Below the pieces are notes generated by a model. It did no database searches. It saw nothing but the letters and a program-made list of their open reading frames with translations, and was not told the origin of the DNA. DNA of 64,000 bases from a virus (Duplodnaviria > Caudoviricetes), in IMG/VR virus record IMGVR_UViG_2835163134_000004, positions 1,570 to 65,569 of that record; one strand, given 5' to 3'. Below, piece after piece: positions 25,345 through 33,342 of the stretch (positions are counted from its first letter, which is position 1; every line of letters starts with the position of its first letter). Made by a program: the position numbers and the translations under genes.

Positions 25345-25919
25345 TGATCGACGGACTGACCTTCTCCGAGGTTTCCAAAATTTTCGGATCGACCGATGCG
25401 CCAAAGGAAGACGATGGCCCGGACCTCCTGTTGCGGCGGATTCGCAGCTTCGACGCCAGGGGCCTCGTCGTGGCTCAGAGGGGAGATAGCGGGGTTCGGG
25501 AAGGCTATCTCGATCTGGAACAGGCGTGCCGCTGCATCGTGTTCCACGAATTGATGGAACTCGGCTTCGACGGCGAGGTGCTGCGGTCGCTGCGGCGCGC
25601 CCTTATCCAGCGCGACGACCCAACCGGCCCAACGGCAATGGGGCTTGTAATTGCCGCAATCCGGCGCGGCGTTGAACCTGCCCAAGTTCAACTCGTGATC
25701 CACCGGCTCAAACGAAAAACCCCAAAGGGATATGGGCATGTGTTCCGCTTCACCGGGATTGGCGATGGCATGGAAAGCCGCGTCTCGCCAGAGAATACGG
25801 GGCACGCCTGTGTCACGCTCGATCTTGGCGCCCTGCTTTCACGTTTCACGGCCGGGTTCGACACAGCAATGGCGAAACTGCGACACAAGGCAGCCAAATC
25901 GAACAGGATCAACCGTTAA
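25344..25919 (+). CDS. Putative DNA-binding protein (MerR-like wHTH N-terminus)
   Basis: LTFSEVSKIFG...LLRRIRSFDARGLV...YLDLEQACRCIVFHELMELGF pattern. Confidence 0.5.
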   Translation: MIDGLTFSEVSKIFGSTDAPKEDDGPDLLLRRIRSFDARGLVVAQRGDSGVREGYLDLEQACRCIVFHELMELGFDGEVLRSLRRALIQRDDPTGPTAMGLVIAAIRRGVEPAQVQLVIHRLKRKTPKGYGHVFRFTGIGDGMESRVSPENTGHACVTLDLGALLSRFTAGFDTAMAKLRHKAAKSNRINR

Positions 25920-25986
25920 TCCGCCTTGCTTAAAACGCCGATCTATGCGCTAATTATAGCACCCTGAAATTGAACCGGAACCAAGC

Positions 25987-26301
25987 ATGATTGACCTCAG
26001 CGCAATGACCCTCAGCGAATTGCGGGTCTTGGAACGCCATGTCGCAAAAGCAATTGGCGATTACGAGAACCGCAAGAAGCGGGAGGCGCTGGCCGAAATG
26101 AAGGCCCTTGCGGCGCAACACGGCTTCACCTTCAACGACCTCGGGCTTGAAGATGCTGCACCGAATACCCGTGCCCCGGCCAAGCCGAAATACGCCAATC
26201 CCGCCGATCCGACCCAGACTTGGAGCGGGCGGGGCCGAAAGCCGGGATGGGCCATTGATGCGCTGGCCCAAGGCAAGACGCTGGACGATCTGGCGATCTG
26301 A
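25987..26301 (+). CDS. hns: H-NS-family nucleoid protein (HvrA/Spb-like)
   Basis: DLSAMTLSEL N-terminus and PKYANP...TWSGRGRKPGW DNA-binding signature. Confidence 0.92.
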   Translation: MIDLSAMTLSELRVLERHVAKAIGDYENRKKREALAEMKALAAQHGFTFNDLGLEDAAPNTRAPAKPKYANPADPTQTWSGRGRKPGWAIDALAQGKTLDDLAI

Positions 26302-26370
26302 GGCGCGGGAGACGGCTTCGAAACGTGGCGCGATCCAGAGATGGGTGGCGCCTTTTTCCTTGACTAAAGA

Positions 26371-26385
26371 TCAACAAAATGTTGA
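26371..26385. promoter_or_regulatory. Operator palindrome
   Basis: TCAAC-AAAAT-GTTGA in the intergenic gap after the H-NS gene. Confidence 0.7.
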
Positions 26386-26483
26386 ACAAATTGGGGACGG
26401 TTGAACAGTGTCGGCTTTGCGGCTCACACGCGCGTGGTTCAACTGGCTCCAACCGACTTCCAACCAACGGAGTGAACAACGCA

Positions 26484-26759
26484 ATGCGTATCCTGAATCT
26501 TTTGAGCGGGGCCTTGGCGGCTTTTGCGAGTGGCGGCGCTGCGGCTCAGGCCGTCCCGCTCAACGCTGCCCAGCGGCTCACCATGGGCTTCTTCAGCGAC
26601 GATCCCCAAGGCCGCGCCGTGGACTACAAGGCGCCTCACGCCCCGCGTGGCACCCCGGCCCGCCCGCGTCACCCCAGGGCGCGGCGTTTCCGCCTGGACA
26701 TGGGCAACGGCAAGGCCATCGTGTTCCGGCCCCGCCTGTTCCGGGGGCATCGCGCATGA
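26484..26759 (+). CDS. Hypothetical protein
   Basis: GGAG SD; ATGA-coupled to the next gene. Confidence 0.6.
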   Translation: MRILNLLSGALAAFASGGAAAQAVPLNAAQRLTMGFFSDDPQGRAVDYKAPHAPRGTPARPRHPRARRFRLDMGNGKAIVFRPRLFRGHRA

Positions 26760-27118
26760 ACCTCGACAAGCTGCGGGCCGCGATCCGCAACCACAAGGGC
26801 CACGTCTCGGTCTATGTCACGCTGGCGCCGGGGAAATCCTATTGGCTACCGCTGCAAAAGACGCCGTTGCTCGACGCCTTGGTCGAAGCATTTGCCGATG
26901 ATCCGCGCGGCAAGACCGTGCCAACCGGCATTCACTTCGATCCGAACAGCGCCAGGCTCAGCCTGAACGCCGCCCCGGCCGTGGATCAGGATCAGGCTGA
27001 AGCTGAAGCCGCAGACCTCGATCTGGACCTCGGTTTGGGCCACGAGCCGAATGGCGGGTCGGACCTCGGCCTTGATGACGGCCTTGGGTTCGACGCCGAT
27101 CCCGACCTTTCGATCTGA
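26756..27118 (+). CDS. Hypothetical protein with acidic DL/DLGL-rich tail
   Basis: MNLDKLRAAIRNHKG...; ends DADPDLSI. Confidence 0.7.
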   Translation: MNLDKLRAAIRNHKGHVSVYVTLAPGKSYWLPLQKTPLLDALVEAFADDPRGKTVPTGIHFDPNSARLSLNAAPAVDQDQAEAEAADLDLDLGLGHEPNGGSDLGLDDGLGFDADPDLSI

Positions 27119-27134
27119 CGCCGAAACGGCACCG

Positions 27135-27187
27135 GGACCACGGCAGAAAACCGTCTTGCCGTGGTCCAAAATTCAACGTAGTGTTGA
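27135..27187. promoter_or_regulatory. Hairpin followed by operator palindrome
   Basis: GGACCACGGCA-N11-TGCCGTGGTCC (27135-27167); TCAAC-GTAGT-GTTGA (27173-27187). Confidence 0.65.
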
Positions 27188-27210
27188 ATAGTCAACAGGG
27201 AATCACCAAA

Positions 27211-27840
27211 ATGACGATGCACACCGAAACCACGTTGCGCCACATGTTCAACGCGGGTCGCCTGTATTCCGCCGATGCTATCAACGCGCTTGTCGCTGAA
27301 ATCCACGCCGACAACGTGGCTGCGGGCTGGTGGACTGACCTCAAAACGGGCGAGTCGTTGATCGGGAAGCGCAACGTGCCCGAAATGCTGTGCCTGATCC
27401 ACAGCGAGATTTCTGAAGCCTTCGACGGGATGAGCCAGCGGCTTCCCGATGACAAACTGACCCACAGGATGATGTTCGAAGTCGAACTGGCCGATGCGGT
27501 GATCCGCATCTTCGACCTTGCCGGTGGCACTCAGGTCAATCTCGGGTGGGCCATCACCGAGGCGCACCACAACGCCCCGGCGTCGATCTATGGTCCTGAT
27601 GCCATGGCGCGCTTGATGGCGGTTCACAGCCGCCTCAGCGCCGCGATGGAGGCATACCGCAAGGCCAACAAGGCACGCTTCGATGAAGCCTTGGGCGAAG
27701 CGGCTTGGGTGATCTGCGCCATCGCCGTGGCCCACGGCCTCGACCTCAGCGGGGCAATCCAGGAAAAGCGGGCCTACAACCGGCACCGTGCGGACCACAA
27801 GCGCGAGAACCGGCTTGCCCATGGCGGCAAGGCGTTCTGA
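27211..27840 (+). CDS. MazG-like NTP pyrophosphohydrolase, apparently tandem-domain
   Basis: PEMLCLIHSEISEAFDG...EVELADAVIRIFDLAG, then a degenerate second copy MAVHSRLSAAMEAYRK...EALGEAAWVICAIA..GLDL..AI.EK..YN. Confidence 0.8.
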   Translation: MTMHTETTLRHMFNAGRLYSADAINALVAEIHADNVAAGWWTDLKTGESLIGKRNVPEMLCLIHSEISEAFDGMSQRLPDDKLTHRMMFEVELADAVIRIFDLAGGTQVNLGWAITEAHHNAPASIYGPDAMARLMAVHSRLSAAMEAYRKANKARFDEALGEAAWVICAIAVAHGLDLSGAIQEKRAYNRHRADHKRENRLAHGGKAF

Positions 27841-27864
27841 GACGGCGGAATGGGCGCAACAGCC

Positions 27865-27957
27865 ATGTCTTACGAACTGCTCCTGATCTGGTCATACGGC
27901 GCTGCGGCACTGTGTGGCGGCGTGTTCCTCGGCTTCCTGATCTGGGGCCTGAAATAG
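27865..27957 (+). CDS. Putative small membrane peptide (30 aa)
   Basis: MSYELLLIWSYGAAALCGGVFLGFLIWGLK. Confidence 0.45.
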   Translation: MSYELLLIWSYGAAALCGGVFLGFLIWGLK

Positions 27958-28020
27958 CACACCGGCAGGCCACGGCTGGGCTTGCTACATAGTTCAACAA
28001 ATTGATGACGGATAAATCCA

Positions 28021-28188
28021 ATGTGGATCATCACGTTTTCCGACGCCTGGATCATCATGTGCCTGCTTATCTGTGTCGCGCTGGTTTTCATGCCGCCGTG
28101 CAGCGGCGGGAACACGGCAGGGCGGCGGCGCAAGCCCGGATCGAGGGGCCACACCACCAATCCCAACCAAGGGGGCGACGAGAAATGA
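28021..28188 (+). CDS. Putative small membrane protein (55 aa)
   Basis: MWIITFSDAWIIMCLLICVALVFMPPC...; follows a degenerate operator (27994-28008); ATGA-coupled to 28185. Confidence 0.5.
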   Translation: MWIITFSDAWIIMCLLICVALVFMPPCSGGNTAGRRRKPGSRGHTTNPNQGGDEK

Positions 28189-28934
28189 CTCAGCAACAGA
28201 ACCACGAAACTGAAACGCGGCTCACCGCTGTCAGCCTCGCCGTGCTTCAGGAACGGCACCGCAGCACGGCCGAAGCCCTGGCCCGGCGCGAGGCTCAGCG
28301 CCGTGACTTGATGACGAAGCTGGTTTCCACGGATTACCAGATCGTCAAACTCACCAATGACTGTTCCGACTTCGCCACGGCCATGGCCCGGCTTCAGGGC
28401 TTGGGCAACAAGTTCATGCCGATCACGGGCGTCACGGTGGAACGCGATGATCCGTATTTCCCCAATCCGCTGAACCCGGAAGCGGCCGCCGTTGACGCGG
28501 CGCGTATCGCGCCGATGCCGGATCGGGATTGGCGGGCCGTGGAGGCTGCGATCCAGATCAGCCGCGCCGTCCCGGTTGACGGTGATGCCACGATCTATTG
28601 CGTCACGCGGCTCGGCCTCTTGGACCTGCTTCGCGCCTCGGGGATGCAGCGAACCGGCGCTGTGCCCGGCCATCGCGTTGAAACGCATGTGGATGACCGC
28701 GACTGCTGGCTCAGGATCGGCAGGGCTATTCACCGCAAAATGGCTGGCACAGTCGGGGGGTTTGAACTGTGGCGTGAAATCTCGCGCCAGTCGGAGAAGT
28801 TCGATGAGCAGCAAGCCCTACTGGTCTGGAAGTCGTTCGGCGCTGTCCCGGCCGAGGATTTGCTTGTGCTTCGGTCCTTCGCTGACGCGGAACTCATGCG
28901 GGACAAAACCGCGAAACGCGAGGCCCAGCAATGA
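28185..28934 (+). CDS. Coiled-coil protein with C-terminal PriCT-2 domain
   Basis: DDRDCWLRIGRAIH...GGFELWREISRQSEKFDE....VWKSF aligns by eye with the PriCT-2 of the primase at about 9150-9295. Confidence 0.75.
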   Translation: MTQQQNHETETRLTAVSLAVLQERHRSTAEALARREAQRRDLMTKLVSTDYQIVKLTNDCSDFATAMARLQGLGNKFMPITGVTVERDDPYFPNPLNPEAAAVDAARIAPMPDRDWRAVEAAIQISRAVPVDGDATIYCVTRLGLLDLLRASGMQRTGAVPGHRVETHVDDRDCWLRIGRAIHRKMAGTVGGFELWREISRQSEKFDEQQALLVWKSFGAVPAEDLLVLRSFADAELMRDKTAKREAQQ

Positions 28935-29506
28935 ACGCCGCGAACCTGAAAGCCGTCGAAACGGAAGTGGCTGCGCCGCAGCGGTTCGGCGCATGGATGC
29001 AGACCTTCAGCGGTGTTGCGTTCTGGCCCCTCGATCCCAGAGCCGATGAAATCCACCTCATTGATGTGGCGCACGCCTTGGCGCACCAGTGCCGCTATGC
29101 TGGGCACGTCTCGAAGTTCTACAGCGTTGCCGAGCATTGCGTTCTGATGGCGGCGGCCATGCCGACCCCCGAACTGGCGCGCTACGCCCTGCTTCACGAT
29201 GCGACGGAAGCCTATCTCGTGGATGTGCCCCGGCCCGTGAAACGCTTCATGCCGGAATACCGGGTCTGGGAAGATCGGCTGTGGCACTGTGTCGCGGCGC
29301 GGTTCGGCCTTAATCCAGACATTCCGGCCGAAGTGGGCCTGGCCGACAACGCCGTCCTGCTGGATGAGGCGCGGGCCTTGATGATGCCGCACCCCCTGCC
29401 GTGGAACGTGCCGGGGCCTGCGCTTGGCGTTGAAATCCAATGCTGGGAACCGGCACGGGCCAAGTCGCAATTCCTGATCATGGCGCAAGCCCTCGGGGTG
29501 GAGTGA
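28931..29506 (+). CDS. HD-domain phosphohydrolase (YfbR-like 5'-deoxynucleotidase)
   Basis: DVAHALAHQCRYAGH...YSVAEHCV...ALLHDATEAYLVDVPRPVK. Confidence 0.88.
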   Translation: MNAANLKAVETEVAAPQRFGAWMQTFSGVAFWPLDPRADEIHLIDVAHALAHQCRYAGHVSKFYSVAEHCVLMAAAMPTPELARYALLHDATEAYLVDVPRPVKRFMPEYRVWEDRLWHCVAARFGLNPDIPAEVGLADNAVLLDEARALMMPHPLPWNVPGPALGVEIQCWEPARAKSQFLIMAQALGVE

Positions 29507-29509
29507 GAC

Positions 29510-29779
29510 GTGACTTCGATCCCGAGCAAGGCGCCTCGCGTCACCGAGTTCTGGCACAAGGACGCCAAGGGCTTTCATTCGCCGCACCACCTCGTCGGCA
29601 AAACCTTTCTGCACGTCAAAACCGCAACTCTCTACGTCGTGGTTGACGTGGTGTTCAACGCTTCAACTGACCAATGGGCGCTGCGTTATGAGGCGCATAA
29701 CACCGGCCGTCGCGCGCCGTTCCGGTTCACCCGCGACGCGACCGAGTTCATGGACGGCCGCTTCTTGGAAGTGAAATAG
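29510..29779 (+). CDS. DUF1653-like hypothetical protein
   Basis: FLHVKT...YVVV...VFNAST....LRYE...FTRD..EFMDGRF pattern; GTG start. Confidence 0.55.
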   Translation: MTSIPSKAPRVTEFWHKDAKGFHSPHHLVGKTFLHVKTATLYVVVDVVFNASTDQWALRYEAHNTGRRAPFRFTRDATEFMDGRFLEVK

Positions 29780-29789
29780 GGTAGGGGAA

Positions 29790-30101
29790 ATGGCGAAGTG
29801 CAAACTTAGCAATTGCCGGGAAGAAGCTGTCACTTTTGCCGCAAAGCGATACTGCCCCGCCCACCTCGCGGAATACAAACGGAAGCAGCGGGAATTTCTC
29901 GCCGTCCGAGCCACGCTGCGGTGCTGTGAAACCTGCGGGGAAAAGTTGACGAAAACCGGAAACGACAATGGTGATACCCTTTGTCGTTCCTGCCAAACCG
30001 AGGCGCGGACCAAGCGCCTTGCGGAACTGAAACAACGGCAATTCGACAGTGCTGAAACAGTCGAAGCCCTGAAAGACTGGATGAGGGAATACCTTCTATG
30101 A
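29790..30101 (+). CDS. Zn-finger hypothetical protein
   Basis: CKLSNC...YCPAH and CETCG...LCRSC. Confidence 0.7.
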   Translation: MAKCKLSNCREEAVTFAAKRYCPAHLAEYKRKQREFLAVRATLRCCETCGEKLTKTGNDNGDTLCRSCQTEARTKRLAELKQRQFDSAETVEALKDWMREYLL

Positions 30102-31042
30102 CCATCACCGCCAAAGTGATCCAGCGCAGCCGCCAAGCCTCGGGCGATTATCCCGACCTGATCACGCTGCAATTGCGGTATCCCCGCTTTATCCATGCCG
30201 AGGCCAAGACCCATCGCCTGATCCGCATTGATGATGCGGAATATGAGTTCCTACAGGAAATCTCGCTGATGGATGACGAGAACCTGAGCCGGAATGCCAG
30301 CAGCAGCCGCGCCGTCCCCGTTGAGCGCATGATCCAGGATGTGCTGGATGATCCCGCAATGCCGGTGGCGTGGGGCAGCAACAAGCCGGGGATGCAGGCC
30401 GGGGCCGAACTAGCCCACTGGCCCTTGGCCCGCGACTGCTGGCTTGACGCCCGCGACGCTGCCGTGGCCCGCGCGAAAGAAATGCTCAACCTCGGCGCAC
30501 ACAAGCAGATCGTGAACCGACTGCTGGAACCCTTCGGGCATATCAGCGTCGTCGTCACCGCGACGGAATGGGATAACTTCTTCGCCCTGCGCTGCCACGC
30601 CGATGCCGATCCTACGATGCGGGCCTTGGCCGAGGCAATGCGGGCCGCGATTGCGGAATCGGAGCCGACAGAAGCCGTTGGCCTCGAAACCCAACGGTGG
30701 CACTTGCCCTATACCATGGTGCGGGATTGGGACTATGCCTTCAGCCTCATCGGCGGCCCGAACGGTGGCCCGCACCCCTTCAGGACGCTTGCCATGATCA
30801 GCGCGGCGCGCTGTGCCCGCGTGTCCTACCTGAACCACGATGGGACCGCGCCCGATGTTGCGAAAGACCTCGCTTTGGCCCGCAGGCTGCTTGAATCCCG
30901 GCACATGTCCCCCTTCGAACACCAAGGCCAGGCGCCCGATCCGAACGACATGGACACGTCCCGCTGGGGCAATTTCACGGGCTGGGATCAGTTTCGCAAG
31001 ATTGCTGAAATCGCAACTACTTCTGTCGAGGCTGCGCAATGA
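30098..31042 (+). CDS. thyX: Phage-type FAD-dependent thymidylate synthase (ThyX/Thy1-like)
   Basis: YPRFIHAE..THR...SRNASSSRAVP, HKQIVNRLLEPF, SAARCARVSY and HMSPFEHQ. Confidence 0.85.
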   Translation: MTITAKVIQRSRQASGDYPDLITLQLRYPRFIHAEAKTHRLIRIDDAEYEFLQEISLMDDENLSRNASSSRAVPVERMIQDVLDDPAMPVAWGSNKPGMQAGAELAHWPLARDCWLDARDAAVARAKEMLNLGAHKQIVNRLLEPFGHISVVVTATEWDNFFALRCHADADPTMRALAEAMRAAIAESEPTEAVGLETQRWHLPYTMVRDWDYAFSLIGGPNGGPHPFRTLAMISAARCARVSYLNHDGTAPDVAKDLALARRLLESRHMSPFEHQGQAPDPNDMDTSRWGNFTGWDQFRKIAEIATTSVEAAQ

Positions 31043-31599
31043 CCACCGTTATCCTGATCAACGGCAAGCCGCGCGCCGGGAAAGACACGTTCGTGGATGC
31101 CATGACCCAGGGCTTGCAGCACCTCGGCGTGCCGGTGGCGCGCTTCAGCAGCATCGAGCCGATCCGCGATATGCTGGGCCATGCGGGTTTCGATTTGGCG
31201 CAAAAGACCGAGGCGGATCGAAAACTCTTGTCCACCGTGGGCGACGCGGTGGGGGATCACTCCGAGTTCCGATCCGCGCGGTGCGCCGATGAGGTTCAGC
31301 AACACCGTCGAACAGCGGGGCGGCGCGGCGTTGTGTTCCTGTTCATCCGCGAACCCGCGATCTGGGAACGGGTGAAGGCCCGGCTCAACACCGGCCTGGT
31401 GGCGCAATACCAGCCCTATACCTTCCTGTCTGTATTCATCGAAAATCCTGACGTGCCGGAGGTAGTCAGCAATCCCAGCGACGCCGGGGTTTACGCCATG
31501 AACTATGACGCTGTGATCCACAACGACGGGTCGTTGGACGAGTTCATGGATCAGGCGATGTATTACGCCGGAATTGTCGCGGGCCGCCTGCCGATTTAG
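31039..31599 (+). CDS. P-loop deoxynucleoside monophosphate kinase-like protein
   Basis: ILINGKPRAGKDTF Walker A and YDAVIHNDGSLDEF C-terminus; coupled to thyX. Confidence 0.7.
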   Translation: MTTVILINGKPRAGKDTFVDAMTQGLQHLGVPVARFSSIEPIRDMLGHAGFDLAQKTEADRKLLSTVGDAVGDHSEFRSARCADEVQQHRRTAGRRGVVFLFIREPAIWERVKARLNTGLVAQYQPYTFLSVFIENPDVPEVVSNPSDAGVYAMNYDAVIHNDGSLDEFMDQAMYYAGIVAGRLPI

Positions 31600-31638
31600 C
31601 CGGAACGACAAAATTTCGGCTTGCGAAATACTCAATAA

Positions 31639-31653
31639 TCAACAATATGTTGA
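31639..31653. promoter_or_regulatory. Operator palindrome
   Basis: TCAAC-AATAT-GTTGA immediately upstream of the GapR-like gene. Confidence 0.7.
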
Positions 31654-31678
31654 TCAAGCAACACAAGGATGAATCGCA

Positions 31679-32047
31679 ATGGCGCCCTCCGATCTTGACT
31701 TGGATGAAACCAGCGCAACGCCGGGCGTGGGGCATAACAGCGGCAAGACGCCGGGCAACAAGAAGCGCAAGGCCAAGGCCGACGATGGCGCCGAGCCGTA
31801 TGACATGGTGTCCGACGAACTCCGTCAGTTCTGCGAACGCTACGAGCAACTGGAAGTCGAAAAGCGGGAAACCGCTGATCAGCAGAAAGAACTTCTGGCT
31901 GAACTGAAGGGCCGGGGTTTTGACCCGAAAATCTTCAAGAAGATCATCGCGGAACGGAAGCGCGACGCCGATGATCTGGCCGAAGAAGCTGCGGTTCTGG
32001 AAATCTATCGCCAGGCCCTCGGCATGGAAATCCTGAAGAACATCTGA
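31679..32047 (+). CDS. gapR: GapR-like (DUF2312) DNA-binding protein with N-terminal extension
   Basis: ELRQFCERYEQLE.EK......KE..AELKGRGFDPKI.KKIIA.RK.......EE.A.L..Y..ALGM. Confidence 0.88.
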   Translation: MAPSDLDLDETSATPGVGHNSGKTPGNKKRKAKADDGAEPYDMVSDELRQFCERYEQLEVEKRETADQQKELLAELKGRGFDPKIFKKIIAERKRDADDLAEEAAVLEIYRQALGMEILKNI

Positions 32048-32069
32048 GGCCGGAGCGGAGCGTTTCGCC

Positions 32070-32324
32070 ATGTCTCTGAACCGTGACTCCGGCTCCGATG
32101 AAATAGGGGCGAGGCTTATCGGAGCCGGAATTGATCGCATCACGTTGGCGCGGCGCGGCGCGTCCCACTGGCAAGTCGAGGCCCGCAACGGGGCTTGGTG
32201 GGCCATGGGTGAAATCTGCGAAACGCCAGAACATGCGATCCGTTCGGCCTGCGCCGCGTTCGACGCGGAACGGGCCAAAGTCAAAGCCCTGAAACCTGAT
32301 CCATTCGAAGGACTATTGGGATGA
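32070..32324 (+). CDS. Hypothetical protein ending DPFEGLLG
   Basis: ORF in operon; ATGA-coupled. Confidence 0.65.
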   Translation: MSLNRDSGSDEIGARLIGAGIDRITLARRGASHWQVEARNGAWWAMGEICETPEHAIRSACAAFDAERAKVKALKPDPFEGLLG

Positions 32325-32758
32325 GCAAGAAAGCCAAGACCACCGCGACCGAAAGCGAAACCGACCTCGATCCGCAGGACGAGCCGCAGACCGAATCCGA
32401 TCTGGACTTCGGCCTCGGTGAATCCGCGACCGATGACACGGGCCTCGGGCTGGACGAAACTGATGCCCAAGGCGAGGCGGATGTTCCGCCGACCGAAGTG
32501 ACGCACCGCGTCCATGCCGCGACCGGCGTTTCGCTGCGCCGGGGCATCCCCATGCCGGAAGTCGTCTCGGGTCGCCGTGCGAAATACCCGTGGGACGACA
32601 TGGAAGTGGGCGAGTCGTTCTTCATCGGCGGGGTCAGCGAAAGCACCATCTCGTCGTCGCGGCTCACGGCTCAGAAGCGCCTCGAAGGCCGGAAGTTCGC
32701 GGTGCGCAGCGTGACGGAGAACGGCGTCGAGGGCGTTTGCGCCTGGCGCGTCGAATGA
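32321..32758 (+). CDS. Hypothetical protein, acidic N-terminus with a probable small DNA-binding C-terminal domain
   Basis: RRAKYPWDDMEVGESFFI...KFAVRSV...GV..WRVE pattern common in phages. Confidence 0.7.
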   Translation: MSKKAKTTATESETDLDPQDEPQTESDLDFGLGESATDDTGLGLDETDAQGEADVPPTEVTHRVHAATGVSLRRGIPMPEVVSGRRAKYPWDDMEVGESFFIGGVSESTISSSRLTAQKRLEGRKFAVRSVTENGVEGVCAWRVE

Positions 32759-33054
32759 TGGAACGGGCCGAGCCGCGTGCCCTGATTTACGAGTGCCGGG
32801 ACAGCGATGTTCCGGCACATCGTCGCTTCATCGCTCAGTTCACGATCCACAGCCTGAACCGCTACATCGTTGTGCATGGCGCGACTCCGGCGCTGGCCCG
32901 CGCCAAGCTGGAATTGATGCGGGAATACATGGGCCTTGATGCGCTGGCCCGGAGCAAGTTTGACCTGAATGGCAAGCTGGCCGTGCTGAATGGCGGCGAA
33001 GACGTGGCCCGGCCCACGGCCCTGCTTTCGACGTTCGAGGACTTGCTGGGATGA
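32755..33054 (+). CDS. Hypothetical protein ending TFEDLLG
   Basis: ATGA-coupled on both sides. Confidence 0.65.
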   Translation: MMERAEPRALIYECRDSDVPAHRRFIAQFTIHSLNRYIVVHGATPALARAKLELMREYMGLDALARSKFDLNGKLAVLNGGEDVARPTALLSTFEDLLG

Positions 33055-33335
33055 TTGACGAGGCATTGCGTAACGCCGCCAAGTGGGGCGATCTGAACTA
33101 TGTCAGCCTCGCGTTTTGCGTCGCGGACGGGCTGTTCGAGGCAAGTTATCGCGGAACGCGGGACAAGGACTTTCGGGTCGTGCGGCACGCCGATCCAGCC
33201 ACGGCCCTCGCAATGGCGCTGACCGCGAAGCGCGCCGCCACGGTTGCGGCACCAACGAAACCCGCGCCGCCGCTGGCCCGGCCAGCCGTGACGACACGGG
33301 CCAGCGGCGGCGCGTTTGACGATCTTCTGGGGTGA
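33051..33335 (+). CDS. Hypothetical protein ending AFDDLLG
   Basis: ATGA-coupled. Confidence 0.65.
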   Translation: MIDEALRNAAKWGDLNYVSLAFCVADGLFEASYRGTRDKDFRVVRHADPATALAMALTAKRAATVAAPTKPAPPLARPAVTTRASGGAFDDLLG

Positions 33336-33342
33336 TCCTGAG

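Noticed and set aside
27211-29506. 2-aminoadenine (dZ) pathway suggested by MazG-like plus HD-domain genes
   Set aside because: No PurZ/PurA-like gene in the window; the HD protein looks YfbR-like.
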